A stretch of 61,344 nucleotides of DNA, filler included, from Sphacelaria rigidula (Eukaryota), in assembly GCA_964200075.2 (NCBI GenBank). It is 6 parts of 6 records of this genome, joined end to end, with 100 filler letters (N's around TTAATTAATTAA, not from the genome) between each part and the next. Parts side by side here need not be neighbours in the genome. Positions count along the whole stretch, not along the records: positions 30,725 to 40,864 come from CAXNAA020007046.1; positions 40,965 to 51,104 come from CAXNAA020007047.1; 4 more parts are not named here. The stretch is one strand, 5' to 3'. Shown piece by piece: positions 36,309-49,548 of this stretch. Every line of letters starts with the position of its first letter. Within the stretch, counting starts at the first letter, position 1. The notes beneath the pieces were generated by a model, which made no database searches, was not told the DNA's origin, and worked only from the letters and a program-made list of their open reading frames with translations. A program made the position numbers and the translations under genes.

Positions 36309-36560
36309 TGTGACGCTAGCAGGTTGCTAGTACTGCCGCGTCTAATCCTGTTGAGGGACTCCCCAGTTCAACTGGGCTCAGGTTTCAGTTGTTAGCCTTC
36401 ACAACACCTTGTATTATCCCGGAGTGCCATCCAGGGGGCTCCATGACCACACCAGGGTATCACCCCTGTGTCCATGTCATCATCCATATAATCACAACAG
36501 ACCTCAAGTCATCATCCAATCATCACTTTATACTCAACGTGACAACGTAATTTCGTCACA
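36309..36560 (-). repeat. 5' LTR, 252 bp
   Basis: Termini TGTGACG...CGTCACA form a perfect inverted repeat. Confidence 0.9.
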
Positions 36561-36744
36561 TGCTGCTGCTTCTCGTGTGGGAGGCGGTCGGCGGTTTCGT
36601 CGTGCGACATTACCCATGCACCTGGCACGTTGCTGATACTGCTGCATGCTTACAAAACCAGTCAGGTGATCGGAATTTTCCCCTGTTTTTTGCATCGCTT
36701 GACCGTTTTCCTCAGAGGTGCGCAAAGCCCAAATGGTTCATTCA

Positions 36745-37283
36745 CAGCTACCTACTCGACCTTGCGGCACAGATCACGAACTGAGCGCAGGGATACATAC
36801 ACTGCAGTGATAGGAACCGACACCACCCCTGTTTTGGCGTGATGTGTTCCTTTTTTTTGGCGAAACCTTGGGCATCTAATTTTGTGGCAGGGTCCACCGA
36901 CGGAGTTACGTGTTGGGGTGGGCGATCGAACTGCCAACGCGCTCATGGACAGTCGAGACAGTCTGTACTGTCTGTACTGTACTATATATAGGTAGAGAAG
37001 TATCTATGTTGCAGATGACCCTGCCAGATACTACCCTTTCACAGAATTTTGCAAAAATAAATTGTTTACTCGCAGCTACCTACCCAACCCTGCGGCATAG
37101 ATCAAGAACTCAGCACAGGGATATACACTGCAGCAGTAATAGGAAACCAACACCACCACTGTTTTGGCGTGATGTGTTCCTTTTTTTTGGCGAAACCTTG
37201 GGCATCTAATTTTGTGGCAGGGTCCACCGACGGAATTGCGTGTCGAGGTGGGCGATCGAATTGCCAACGCGCTCATGGACAGT
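36745..37283 (+). repeat. ~210-bp direct duplication (36745-36953 and 37073-37283)
   Basis: Shared CTGTTTTGGCGTGATGTGTTCC...GGGTCCACCGACGGA block. Confidence 0.9.
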
Positions 37284-37524
37284 AGAGGCGGTGAAAAACT
37301 GCACATACATGGTTCAAATCTGCTTCGCATCCTCCTGTATGCAGAGTGTCAAAAAGCTGTGCTGTCTGTCAAATCTGCTGTGTGTCGCGTTGCCCGCTTC
37401 TTTTCCACATCGCGCCCGCACGCTGTGCGAAACACGCACCATCTGGACAGTACAGGCCGCCACTGTCGTACAGCAGTCGGTACTGATTTTTGGCCAAGAA
37501 CGAAACTGTTGTAATGCGTGAAAG

Positions 37525-37705
37525 GACCGCGTGCTTGGAAGACCGCGTCGGAATTTGAACATCCCTATGGTTGGGGTTAGGGTTAGGGTTAGTGTTGGGG
37601 TTAGGGTCAGGGGCGTGGTGCCTGCAGGGACTGGCCCGATTGGTTTCGGAAAACGTCGATACTGAGGTGTTTCGAGCTACGGTGCGATCCTCTAAGCACG
37701 CGGTC
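37525..37705. mobile_element. Small TIR element containing degenerate (TTAGGG)n
   Basis: GACCGCGTGCTTGGA / TCTAAGCACGCGGTC; telomere-like tract ~37574-37608. Confidence 0.7.
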
Positions 37706-38981
37706 GTCTGACACACTACACTATGACCTACGGAAAAAGCAAAGGTGCTCTGGAACGATCCAGGTGTCAACATCCGCTGAGCCCTCTTTTCGGGGCAAAA
37801 ACGACGGAGGAGGGAAAAAATACACTTTTCAAGAAGTTATATTTTTCGATACATGACAAGTAGCCTAACGGAAAAAAAGGAAAAAATAAAATTGGAAGCG
37901 CGATTGCGAAGCAGAGCAATATATTTGAAAGTCATCTGCCATAAATTTAGTTCAGGGGAAGCACGGCTTTTGAGTCGAACCTCATTGTTTTTTTCAACCC
38001 CATTTTCGAGACCTCACTGTTTCATGGCGACGTGTTTCGCTTCCGTCTCTGGGCGCACTTGAGAACACCCTCAATCCGACCCCTTTTGACCAGAGCGAAT
38101 CTTGTTTGAACTTCTCAGACTTGACTGTCGCAGCTGCACTAGACACTTCTGTAGGTTGGAGGCATCACACGCAGCAACCGGTTCTCCGAATCACTTCAAA
38201 CCCCGTCAAGGAGGTTCAGCTTCATTGCTACTTTCTTCGTTGTTTTCGCTTGTATGTGCCGACGCCGTCCGTGGCTGAGGGGAAGGGGTGTTAAAGAACG
38301 TGTTCGACGTTCACCGCCTTACACCGACCCGATCATTCTGGGGGAATCTCAACATCGATCTATCGGCCATCGGACACGCGATTGATCTGAACTAATCTCG
38401 GTTTTTTCACGTGGACAAACGGCCAGCGTACGGGTTCCTCTCATCGAAGAGTACGAGGGTGGTAGAGACGACTTTTCGCTACCAATCCTACTACGAGCGG
38501 ATTCAAATCGGGTTGTCACGTGAAGTTTTGCCCGGAGAGGGGAAATGTCAGATAATAAGAGTGGACCGAGCAGAAAATCGGCCTAGGCAGGAGCGGCAAG
38601 AAGGTGAGCCTGACTGCAGTCATATTCGCAAGGAGTTCGCATCTACTGTTGTTATCGCTGTCTGTGTTGGTCTTTCTCCCGTCTTTCCTGTCTCGCCTCT
38701 TCTCAGTCTACTCTCGCCTCTTCTCAAACGTATTGCGTTCTTCGTTTTTCGAATTTTCGTTCATTTCGAACACTGTGATTTTGATCTCGTACAGAACTGA
38801 TAACAACACGTTCCATTTCCATCAGTGCCGTCCACAGGCTGCGTGTTTAGTCATCCGATTCATGGTTGAAGCCAGTCTACACCTGTTGAGCATGGTGTGG
38901 GAAAAAAATTCTGCGTCTTGACCGGGGCGAATGGCTGCTGCTGTGTTTTGCTCGATCCTGTCAAGCGGTAAAACTTTCAAA

Positions 38982-39975
38982 CCGGTACCCAACAGTTTCG
39001 TCTTCCCGGTACCCGCCAGTTTTGTAAGATCTGTAAAGTCCATCTCATACCCCTGGTCGACAACTCTGTAAGGTCTGTTAGCCTCTCATGACCCCAACCC
39101 GGGTTTAACGTATACTCTTGTGCATATATCCGCGATGCAGGCAGAGTACGGATATGTGTCCGGGGGAGGTGAACATTTCGATTCAATCCCTACTTTTGTT
39201 CTGATAACTCGCACTTGTTTCCCAACGTCCATCAATCAATCCCCCCTGACATTCAAATCCATACACCTTTTGAAATAACTTTTCAAGTTTGGTGCACAGA
39301 CGGGTTAAGGAGTACAGTTGAGGAGGAAAGCGAAACATGGAAAGCCACGCAGACCGTCGGGGTGGACCATTCCTAGACACGAGTAATGGATCGAGTGGGG
39401 GCCCTTCATCTGCGCCACCATCGGTCTCAACTAGCACGGTGCAGCAGGTAATCGAATTATCGTGTCCAACCCTATCTTGCATAGGGGCCGGTTTGTTGCA
39501 TACACGGGATATCTTTACGGATATTGTCCCTATCCGACAGTTCGATGACTTCTGGAAGACTTCCATACCGGTACCCGAAAGTGCTGTAGCTTCTGTTAGG
39601 CTTTCATTAGCCTACCCGATACTTGTCGTGAATTCTTCTTCAGTAACGCTTTCCTAATCCCACTCGATAGTTTTGTGACTTGTGGAAGACTCTCCTACCG
39701 GTCCACGATAGTTCCGTGACTGTTGTAACCCCCCTTTACCCTTACCCGACAGTTCTGTATTTGCTGTACACGAGGTTTACCCCTATATACTTGTACAAAT
39801 ACCCGGGTGCGTGTTCAATTTTCCATGAAACCTTCTTTCATCACCCGACAACTTCTGGATTCTCTGTAAGACTCCAATACCTACCCGTTAGGTTCTGTAA
39901 CCTTTGTGCGAATTTCATCCCGTTACTCGTTACTTCTGTAAGATGTATAAAGACTCTCATACCCTACCGAGCACA
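38982..39975 (+). repeat. Degenerate ~41-bp minisatellite (TACCCGA.AGTTCTGT..TTCTGTAAGACT..CATACC.)
   Basis: Consecutive units from ~39532 to 39975, scattered units at 38982-39100. Confidence 0.8.
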
Positions 39976-40543
39976 ACCTAACCCTACGAAAAAACAGATT
40001 TATTCTCAGGGCTGTGAACAATCAGCTCTGTACAGTTCGGTCAAAACTGGCCGCGTCAGTTGTCAATATATCGTTTTTTTCCAGTTAATGGCCCCTTCAG
40101 GCGGGTGGGGGGTGCCGCGCAGGAGCGCCGCCCGAGGGGGAAGAAATTACAGTGTTTGACGTATGTTTCCTGCAAAAATCGAAAATAGTTGTGAAAAATG
40201 CAAACACTCACATCGAGCTTCTAAAAGGCTTGTACTGCTCGAAAACGTTTTGAACGTGGTTTTGCTGCTGCTGCTGCTGCTACTGCTGCTACTACTATTG
40301 TTGTTGTTGTCTTCACAATAAAAACCGTTCCGACATCTGCGCGGTACATTCGCACTGGGCATCTGATGAGAACGCCTTCCGTGGTCACAGGCTAGCAAAA
40401 AACCAGAAAAAAAAAAGATCCACATTCAAACTCACAAAACGAGATACAAGCAGAACAGGGATACATAGTGAAGACGAAAGAGAGTAACATGTGGCTAACC
40501 TCAGAAGATCCATGGCCGCAGGTGGCCATTCGGACTTCAGGGG

Positions 40544-40864
40544 GTGGTACCCAGCTTTCCAACTCGACGCGCAACGACAAGTAGAAATGAACATAGGTGT
40601 AGAGTAGTCCACTTTGACGGGTCACCACTCGACGAAGACGAATTGGAGCAAGGGATTGCACGCCATGCCAAATGCTGGATCGATATGGAACTTGATCCTT
40701 CCGAAGCTGCAGCAGGCGTGAAAAAGGCCCTTGCCGCACGGTCTGAACCAACTGCAATGGGTCGAGTAGAAGGGCAATGGAGTTCATTACAGGAGTACTT
40801 TGCGGAAAACGCAGGTGCCGAGTGCGTTTTCCTTGAATCTGGCCGTACGTTCAAGGCTGGTCCA
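40544..40864 (+). pseudogene. Gag fragment of a related Gypsy element, cut by contig edge
   Basis: ELDPSEAAAGVKKALA..LQEYFAENAGAECVFLESGRTFKAGP aligns with VELTQASAAVAKAVA..VETYFSENPNVEMVYRSSDGKFRPGP of 33934-35991. Confidence 0.8.
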
Positions 40865-41099
40865 NNNNNNNNNNNNNNNNNNNNNNNNNNNNNNNNNNNN
40901 NNNNNNNNTTAATTAATTAANNNNNNNNNNNNNNNNNNNNNNNNNNNNNNNNNNNNNNNNNNNNTCTCTGGCAGCATGCTCCAAATAAACACCAGCCCAC
41001 CCCCTCCCCACTTTGCAGGCCCCCCTTCCCCCCCCCCCCCCCCCCCCCCCGCGCGCGCGCCCCCTTTCTGCTTTGTTCGCGTCGATCGTCGATACGCAC

Positions 41100-41233
41100 C
41101 TGCCCTAGTGTGACGGACGAGACGAACACAGCGTGAAGCGCAAAGACCGCATCGTTAAGCTGGACCTTGTTGGGCTTACCAGCGTGTCTCTTATCGTAGG
41201 ACGCCTGTACCGTCCATGACCAAAATAGCGAGC
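41100..41233 (-). CDS. CTNS: Cystinosin exon 3
   Basis: SLFWSWTVQASYDKRHAGKPNKVQLNDAVFALHAVFVSSVTLGQ matches the NDxxFxLHAV motif; CAG/GTGCGT sites; phase consistent. Confidence 0.9.
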
Positions 41234-43121
41234 CTGTGTGCGTTGCATATGGTGTTTGTAGTGTGTGGTGTTCTCGTGAGCATATGATATGTGCTTGCGT
41301 GTATGCACGGCATCAAGCTGCAACGATCGACCTGGAATGACGCGGCAGCTAATCAGACAGGATTTGCGATGAGGCTCGCGTTTTTGGTTCGTCGCTTGTT
41401 TTTCTTCGATCTTCTAGTGACCACACCCCAGAACGATTCAGCAGTTTTTTACGACTCGACGACGCTGTTACCGCAGGCGAACAGTCGAACAAGAACAGGC
41501 ATGTCCGCCCCTGCCCACTTGGAAAATAACCAACCAGACACGTCGGTACTTCCGTGTGTACATGAGAATGAGAGGTACCGGTTGCGGAAGGAATGGGTCG
41601 ATTTCCCGCCAATTTGCTTGGATGTATTACTAAAAACCAACCCCGAGATCCACCGGTCAAAAATTCCACTGAAACAAAATGTATAGGACCCTCAAGTTAC
41701 CTTTTGCTTTACTCCTGGGGCTCGGTGTCCACTTCGACAATTTCAAATCCACCATCATCATTGAAGCTAAGCTAGCTACCACATATCGCAGTGAAGACGC
41801 ATTATCACACATGCTATTCCTGGGCCTGACATGGGTCAAGTATCCATTGACCGCTCCAGGGTTGATAAGGGTTTGCCACCGGCGACATTAAGGCGGGTGA
41901 CGTCGGCTCCTCCCCGTGTTATCTTATCGCGGGTCCACACCACCGTGAAAAGGTTTAAGTTATCAATTTCACTCACGTGCGCGTCGAACAAGGCATAGGC
42001 AAACATGGACCACCGGCAGAAACGCAAACAAGAGTACTTCCCTCATGACAACTGCAACGAACAGCATGGATATTTTCCCCGAAGAACGAGTGTAGGAATG
42101 TACAGCAGATCAAGAAGAAAAAACGAGGACAATTCGTACGGCGTTTGCGTCTCTAACTTGATCGCTCGATTTTTACCGCGGACGCGTTGCGACGGGCACA
42201 GGGGCGCTTCACGCTTTTCGTTCCGAATGCTCAATACCCGCACGTGCCGCCATTGTGAGATTAGCGGCTTGCGCCCTGAATATTCGCAACTCCTTCTGTC
42301 CTTATCAAACTCGGGGGAGAACACGAGCACGCGGCAGGATGAACGAATTATAGCTCAACATGACAGGAGTCACTGTAGTCTGAGAGACGGGATGGCATCT
42401 ATCACGCGGTCAAATCCAATACAATCGGCGAGCGAGTGGGAGTGCATGCGCAAGCTCTAACGCGGCGGCATCAACCTCCTCCTTACTAGACGGTGATTTT
42501 CAACCTGCTTGGTTTCACTCCTCTCTGTTATTTCTGATGCCCTTGTCCCACAATGGGAGTGATGAACCCGCTAAACCGTGTGATGAAACACAAGGCCGAC
42601 AACCGAGGAATACAATGATGCAGCACACCTCTAGTCAGTTGTGACCTGGGGGATAAAAGACGAAAATGACTCAAGTCATCGTTGGACGGCGAATCAGTTC
42701 GTCATAGCTCATAGTCCAATCGATCATTGATCATTGTCCCAAGTATACATTACTAAAGCGAACATTCGCTCACGAGTCGGTGTTGTTGCAAGAATGCCCC
42801 CGCGGTAGAGAGACCCCGAAATCTTCGCTGTTAGAAGGGGATGAGGTTCCAGACAGCTCTAGTGGCCGAGTTATTGTTGGTAGCATTGTATGGCACCGAT
42901 TATTGCTATACCCCTACGCTCCATGATGTTTTTTCCCTTCGGTGTGCGATAATTGGTATACCTCCTCGAGATGCTCCCTGCAAGTTCAGAACCTACAGTG
43001 CAGAATCTGTGTACGTTGTATACCACTCTCTGAATAGCACCTCGGGCGATGAACTTTCCGGGCTGAAAGATTTATTTCCGGGGAAGGCTGTATGAGGTCA
43101 CTTACGATACTTGGAACTCAC

Positions 43122-43243
43122 ACGTAAAGGCTGCGTAGCAGGAGAATGCGAGCACGTTGTACATGAGGAAGTCGAACGACACACCGACGCTGGTTTTCCT
43201 CTGGTAGTTGAGCAGTACCTGGGGGTAAAACGAGATGCTCCAG
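43122..43243 (-). CDS. CTNS: Cystinosin exon 2 (PQ-loop 1)
   Basis: WSISFYPQVLLNYQRKTSVGVSFDFLMYN; CAG/GTGAGT sites. Confidence 0.93.
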
Positions 43244-46200
43244 CTGTACAAATCACACGCATTCGTAAGAGGATTGAAGAAAAAATACACACACATACAC
43301 ACATACAAGAGAGAGACAAAAGAAGTCAGAGAGAACGGAAAGATGAACAGAGACAGAGAAACAAAGGAAGCCAGCGTAGAAAAGAGCGACGATAGAGACA
43401 GGGAGGGCATGGCGGGTCGGGTAGATTTTCAATTCAGACGTTAGAATGACCCTCTGTCCCGTCTTTCCTCTTTCGTTCAAAGGGGGCGCGGAAATAAATG
43501 GGGTGGAGTTTTGCACCCTCGTGGGATGTGAACGCGATAAATACTCGAGCTGGAGGTGTACGCACCGAAATGGAAGTACAATAGAACAGAACGTCACAAA
43601 AAGAACGCGACGAGGGGGAAGCTCACTTTGAGGTATGCCTAAGCACTCTAAGAACTCAGATACAATTCCTTAGCGATACATCTGGTTGGTGGAGATGAAG
43701 GGATCTGTACGTCCAGGCGACCGCAGACCCCCAGGTGTACCTTCAATCGTTCACGTCTACTTCACCCACTTTAATCCTCAGCCTGTACCTGAATATCCAA
43801 GATCTCAAAGTGGCGACAATAGAAGCTAGAAGTAGCGAGTTACAACTGCGAAAGTCGCGCAAAAACGGCTGCGTCAACTGAAAGAGCCACGTGTTTTCAT
43901 CCTCTGCATACGCGAAGGGCCTCTGTTCTCGCTTCTCCGTTTTTTTTCTCTCCCTCACTCCCCCTCTCTCTCTTTGACGTTCATTGATATGTAATTTCTA
44001 TGTTGTGGTGAGGTTTGTATCTTGATCCCGTAATGGTCATGGGTAAGCAAGTAACATACGATACCCATTTTGGTGCATATTATTTTGGGACTTGAGGGAT
44101 GGTGTCTGACACACTGTGATTCATCGATCGATCACGATACCAAACATCAAATCAGGCCGGTTTTGGAGCCCGATGCATATCCGTACGTTTTGAGTTTTGG
44201 GCTAGCTTTGTGGACAAGCCAGCTCTAGTGTATGGTCCTCTACCCTGAAGGTGACCTAAGCGTCATCTGGCTTATTTCCTCCCGCTTTCGATAGATTGAA
44301 CGTGTGGAAAGGAAGCAAAAGTGCATATTCCGGGTAGAAATGATCAAAATCGGGTGACTACTACTTACTTCTTGCGCTTGACCAAGATCTCACTAACCAC
44401 TGTACTCTAAACCGGCCAGAAACGACGATATAGGCCGGTTTACGCTCATCACCCCAAAATCATTCGTCGGCAAAACTTGACGTTGCTTGTGAGCGTTAGA
44501 CTCTGAAAAACCGCACACATGTACCATAGGATATCAACAACCCTTTGATGGGCGAAGTTCTCATCAGTGTTTTTCACCGCTTTCCAGAGGTTCCAGAGTT
44601 CTCGGGGGTTCTCGAAAACCAATGGACAATAAAACAGTAAAAAAAAGCTCGGCCATCTAAAGGTTGCTAATGATCTGTAGTATATCCTAACAATTTTTCA
44701 GAGTTTAGCTAAAAAAACGGCGCGGAGTTCTGCGCCTTCGAAGCATGAAGTTTTTCGTGCCCGGTGCAAACTCTTTTTTACTTGATAATTCATGTATGGA
44801 ACAACTTTTTCGGGTATGTTAAACGTTGAAAGCTAGATGAGCTGCACCAGGCTTTCGAATTACGCAATGAAGATTTGTACAAACATTCCGCGGACTATCC
44901 CGGGACGCATGGTTATATTTTCTATGAAAGGCTTTCTGCACGGATTTACGGGGGTCCCAGCGAAAGACCTCCGGCTGCTGGTGAAGGACAGGAATATATT
45001 GAAATATTTCAACAGGCCATTCTTCCATCGGGAAAACCAATACTTACCAACCTCCAAAACATTGAGGGTAGTCGAAGCTTTTGTACGAAAGATACAAGGG
45101 AAACCCTCGACAGAGCATCACTCCGTTGTGAGCCCCTGGTGCCGACCGCCAGTGGGAATCCTACGGCGCCAAAACCGGACGTCACCGAAACACGACGGTG
45201 TTGGCCGCGGTGTTGGGTTTATTTCAGTCTCATCGCGGTGTTATTCCTTTTCGAAAATATGGAGGGATAAGGGGGCGAGATGTGTAACTTCCAGTATATG
45301 CCATCATATTCCGAAGGTTTCAATTGTCTGAGACCAAGGCTGGAAATCATCACGGGAAGAGGGGCGGGCAGTTCCACCATCAAGAGCTCGCCTCACGGGC
45401 GGTGTGCGGACGTGAAGAAAGCTGCATCGCTTGCGAGTTATGTTACAGCATAAATTGCAAGCAATTTCTACTGGAAACACGTGCCGGGTCGGTAGTTCAC
45501 GACAAAGTTCGTGAAGGGTTATGTAGATGCGGGCCCCACCCCGTCTGCAATGGTCTGAAGACAAGTGATACAGTACAGCATGTCATATACTGCGGGCCGC
45601 CTGCGTTAGAGGGTGCTCACCACCCGCATCAGTGACGCCTGTTGCTGCACAACGTGCTCGATGCACAGCAGCAAAGTGCAAGGTGATATAGCACACCGCA
45701 GAACGTAACATCCTTCGTATATCTCTGCCCTGCAATGATTTCCACCTGTCTTCCGCATTTCACCACAACATGTACTCAGCCGCTTCTGCTGCCGTTCATG
45801 TGTACGGGCAGTACCACCCGTCGCAGGTCCAGATTTTCGTAACCCGACCGTCTTGCAGCTGTACTCGACAACAGATATCTGTACTGTGCGCAGTGCACTA
45901 TATTTTAAGCTGAACAGAAGTATTTCGCCCATCTTGGTACGTTTTCACATATAAAGTTGGACAGTGGGATCGTGGCGTTGTCGTCAAAATATGGCCGAAG
46001 TGGAAGTGAGGAAATCACCGAAATATTCACGTGCAAAGCCGTTGCGGAGATAATTCAAGGTTGATAAGGCTAGAAGAACACCAGTGCAACGCCCACTCCG
46101 GCTGCCAGCTTGTTTGCACGGCCGGGTCGGTAGTGGTGGGACTGTCTGTACCGGGATGTCGCCTCCAGTACCGGGCACGCCGGCAACGGCCCGTCGCGCA

Positions 46201-46927
46201 ACCCACTGGTCGCGCGACAGGAGCTTAACCTTCGACTCGACCGTTTTGGAGCGGAAACGTTCACTTCCCAACCCTCATATATATAGCAGACCATAAACGA
46301 TGCTTGTTTGCTGGGTTTCTTCGAGCGTTCATCTCTTACTGGGCAAAGATTGATGCGAGGCCGGCGGGATCCATTGCACAGTCAGCGTGCTCAACTGTCA
46401 CTGTACCTACTATAATCGTCATCCGACAGCAGGATGTTAAAAAACCCTATGATTATCCACCGTATGAACGCAGACCGGGCCATCACCGACTTCCCTTGCT
46501 GTAGCTGTGACAGTAACACCTTCCTCTAATACCAATCTACACATCCTCCAAGTTTCGGCGTAACCTTCCGTGGGATGCGGATGCTCTTCACGCCTAAGCT
46601 GCCAAAACACCACCTCCATATTATCGAAAAGGAATAACACTGCATCGTAATCATGTTAAATCTGTTTTTTCCCAGGTATTTCTCGAGCCGATCGCGAATA
46701 CTACGATTATCGAAGCATATATGTGGAGATTGAGTAGAAATTTGTTCGGGAATTAATGCTTTCAAGAGGAGAATTTGAAGGTCGCTGTTTAGTCGATGAT
46801 GAAACGATTGTCGATGATGAGCGTGAACCAGCCTACACCTTACCCTTATCAGTACCTCAGCGTTCATGTTGGATGACACCGGGGTGGTACATAGCGTCAT
46901 CCGAGAGACATTGAGCACAACACGCAC

Positions 46928-47265
46928 CTGCAGAAGTATGTCCACCCGATCACGGCCGATACCCTTCGGTACGCCCCATGCAGCTCGTCCGAGGTCGGCA
47001 ACACGAAACCCAGTGTGCTGCCCACAGCAAAAATAGCTAGGATCAGCGCTAGCACCACCTCACAGTCGTTTCGTAACGGAAATAGTCCGTAGCAGCTGGA
47101 GCTGGTTCGACACGCCAGGACAAATCGTCCTTGACGTTGTAGCTGTTGAATACTGTGGCTGCTGCTGGGGAATGTGTTGACGTCTGAGAGAGGCGTTGTC
47201 TCATCATCTTCATGCGATGAGGCGTCCAGAAGAGATGCCAGGGATCTCGACCTCACGGTGCTCAT
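46928..47265 (-). CDS. CTNS: Cystinosin exon 1
   Basis: ATG 47265; ..VSAVIGWTYFC splices in phase 2 (AG|GTGCGT) to exon 2. Confidence 0.88.
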
Positions 47266-48262
47266 GCTTTACTCATTCGCCTCTGGTGGTATCTGCACTC
47301 GGCTGAGAATTTTTAGGTGGGCTGTTTAGCCGGGGAGGTTGTGTCGACCGTAGTGGCAGCACAGTACAGGAATACAGTAAGACGCGATGACTTTGCTGAA
47401 TTTTTCCTGCACGCGGGACCAGCGGCTACGCTACTGGAATATGAACAATGTGGATTCGCTGGGGAAACTATTCAAGTCTATCGTTTCACGCTCGAGCTAC
47501 AGGAGGGATCTCAAATATGCTTGTCGAGCACCAAGGGTTGTTCCTGCGGCGAAATAACTTCAGAATCATTTTGGTTTTCCCCATGATGTTGGACTTGACT
47601 TTTCTCTCCCGTCCCGTTGTCGTTTGTGGATTTGGTGTATAGTAGCAGGTAGACTTACATAGACACAGGTTCATCGACATGTCTTAGTATGGACATATAT
47701 GGCTATAGTTCAGTCGTGAGTAAATGAAAGTACTCCATGCCTCTCTATACGGCCTCCAGAAGCGGCAACACAAAAACTCTCATGACTCATTACCTCTGTT
47801 TGGGTCTACAAACAACTACGCCTACGCGTGGATCATGTTCCAAGAAGTATCATGTCGAGTGTGTCCATCCACGGTGTATCGAAAGACACTGGAAAGAGGG
47901 GAGCACGGGTCGGTGAGTGCACAAAAACAGCCCTATGCAGAGCAAAACTGAATATATTTCAAGTAAATGCACTGTGTTGTAAAATGTGTCTCGACGGCGA
48001 ATCCCATCACCTGATGACGGAATATTGGACGCGCGCCTTGCGCGGGGCGACTCGTACCTCATCGTGCTGAAGAGTCCACAGTTATGTTTGCCATGAGCTC
48101 GTGTATGGGCTTCTATCTTCTCTTCACGTTCCCCACGTATCCCCGAGGACTTCCTCAAGTTGTCCATCTACCCATGAGTCGCTATCCGTCTCATATTTGC
48201 CCCCCTTTGGGTTCTAGGAACTCCGACACGGTACTGTTCCCTGTCGTGTCGGTTACGCTATG

Positions 48263-48315
48263 CTTTGAAATTTGAAAATTGAAAGTTTGAAATTTGAAAA
48301 TTGAAAGTTTGAAAT
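48263..48315 (+). repeat. (TTTGAAA)-type short tandem repeat
   Basis: TTTGAAATTTGAAAATTGAAAG repeated twice plus a partial unit. Confidence 0.85.
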
Positions 48316-49295
48316 CGATTAATTGATGCCAAGTGATTATTATAATGAGGCTGCAGGCAGACAAGAAGACAGCAAGTGATACATCGCCGGCGTTGGGCGT
48401 TATTACGATGTTTGTGTATCGGTATATCCCCATCTCCATATGGATATTTGTGTGTTTCCGTGGCCGCCAGCGCTGGCGCCGATGCCGGCGGCAGCGGCTG
48501 CCATGTTGACGGGTGCAAGAAGTACACTGGCCATGCGGTATATCCGCACTATGCTATGGGTTGCTTCCTTCATCGGAGCACGAGGTCTGCCCACCCGGTC
48601 GAGCGGTGTATACCGACGCTGGTTGTGTATCTTCACGCAGACATGTTCGGTATCGCGCGCATGATGGGTGTGGTGAAAATGAAGTTTTCAACAGACAGTA
48701 AAGTGAAGTGTGTAGACAGTCCCATGGCGAGTGCTGCTGCGGGCAACGGAGGCAAGGCGCCGCGTACCGGCACCATGAACAAAACCAACGACTGTTTTTT
48801 TTTGTTTCGCGGAGGCTGAACCTATCACATGGCCATGCGAAAAGAAACGAAATGGATGGGGCGTGAGCGAACCGCGTGCCTTTTCAACCGCATCCGAGTG
48901 TAACCTTTTGGGAGCCCTCCTCTTCCGTCCCCGGGCCAGACGCCTCATTATTCAAGCCCTGACAGAGAAGCAAAGATGGGAACAGAAAATATCGACGGCA
49001 ACCATTTTCACGACGGGAAGCCACAGAAGAGTTCACCAGCATACGCCATGCGCGCACCAAAAATGTCACCTCGGGTGCGGTCAGATCAGTTTTGTCCAGT
49101 GAGGGACGCAACGGTTCAAGTTTGTTCAAGTTTGTGCACACAGCCGAAATCAGCACTTAGGTTCCTGAAGTCCAAACAACCAAAAATCGGCACCCCGTCT
49201 GTTTTCTGTACACGGAGTCCCGTGCGGCACTGGGGCACATTTTGATACGGGTCTGAAAAACACGGGTCGGGCTAACAGTGTTTTGCGACAGCTAT

Positions 49296-49548
49296 TACGG
49301 TTAGAACGAATCATCACGACCACGAATCACTAAATCCACGATTTCTTCGGCCTNNNNNNNNNNGAGAAACAAGTTGACCGCTGGTCCAAGGGGTATCCAC
49401 GCAACTTTTGCGCCATTCCACGCGTCTGGGCTCCATGTATCTGGGTTGCAACGCTGAAAACAAAGCCCAGGGATTGATTCGTACGATTTGAATCTGTAAT
49501 ACTAAAAACAAGTAATCTTTAGACAAATCGTTATTTTTCCGGCCCTTG
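49296..49548. mobile_element. hAT-like MITE, older inverted copy of 51615-51872
   Basis: Reverse complement aligns; flanks ACAGCTAT/GAAGCTAC. Confidence 0.75.

Larger units (their letters stand above)
30725..36560 (-). mobile_element. Ty3/Gypsy chromodomain LTR retrotransposon, near full length
   Basis: Two LTRs; order gag-PR-RT-RH-IN-chromo; PPT-like GGGGG next to 3' LTR. Confidence 0.95.

Noticed and set aside
38982-39975. CRISPR-like array
   Set aside because: Units are degenerate tandem copies with no unique spacers; no cas genes; same applies to 13020-13510 and 55769-55900
40363-40410. Hammerhead ribozyme at CTGATGAG
   Set aside because: No stem II closing onto GAAA; other CTGATGA sites (9446, 48012) also fail
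41449-42330. Tyrosine recombinase relic (THSFR) in cystinosin intron
   Set aside because: Single short motif, no box I Arg or catalytic Tyr context visible
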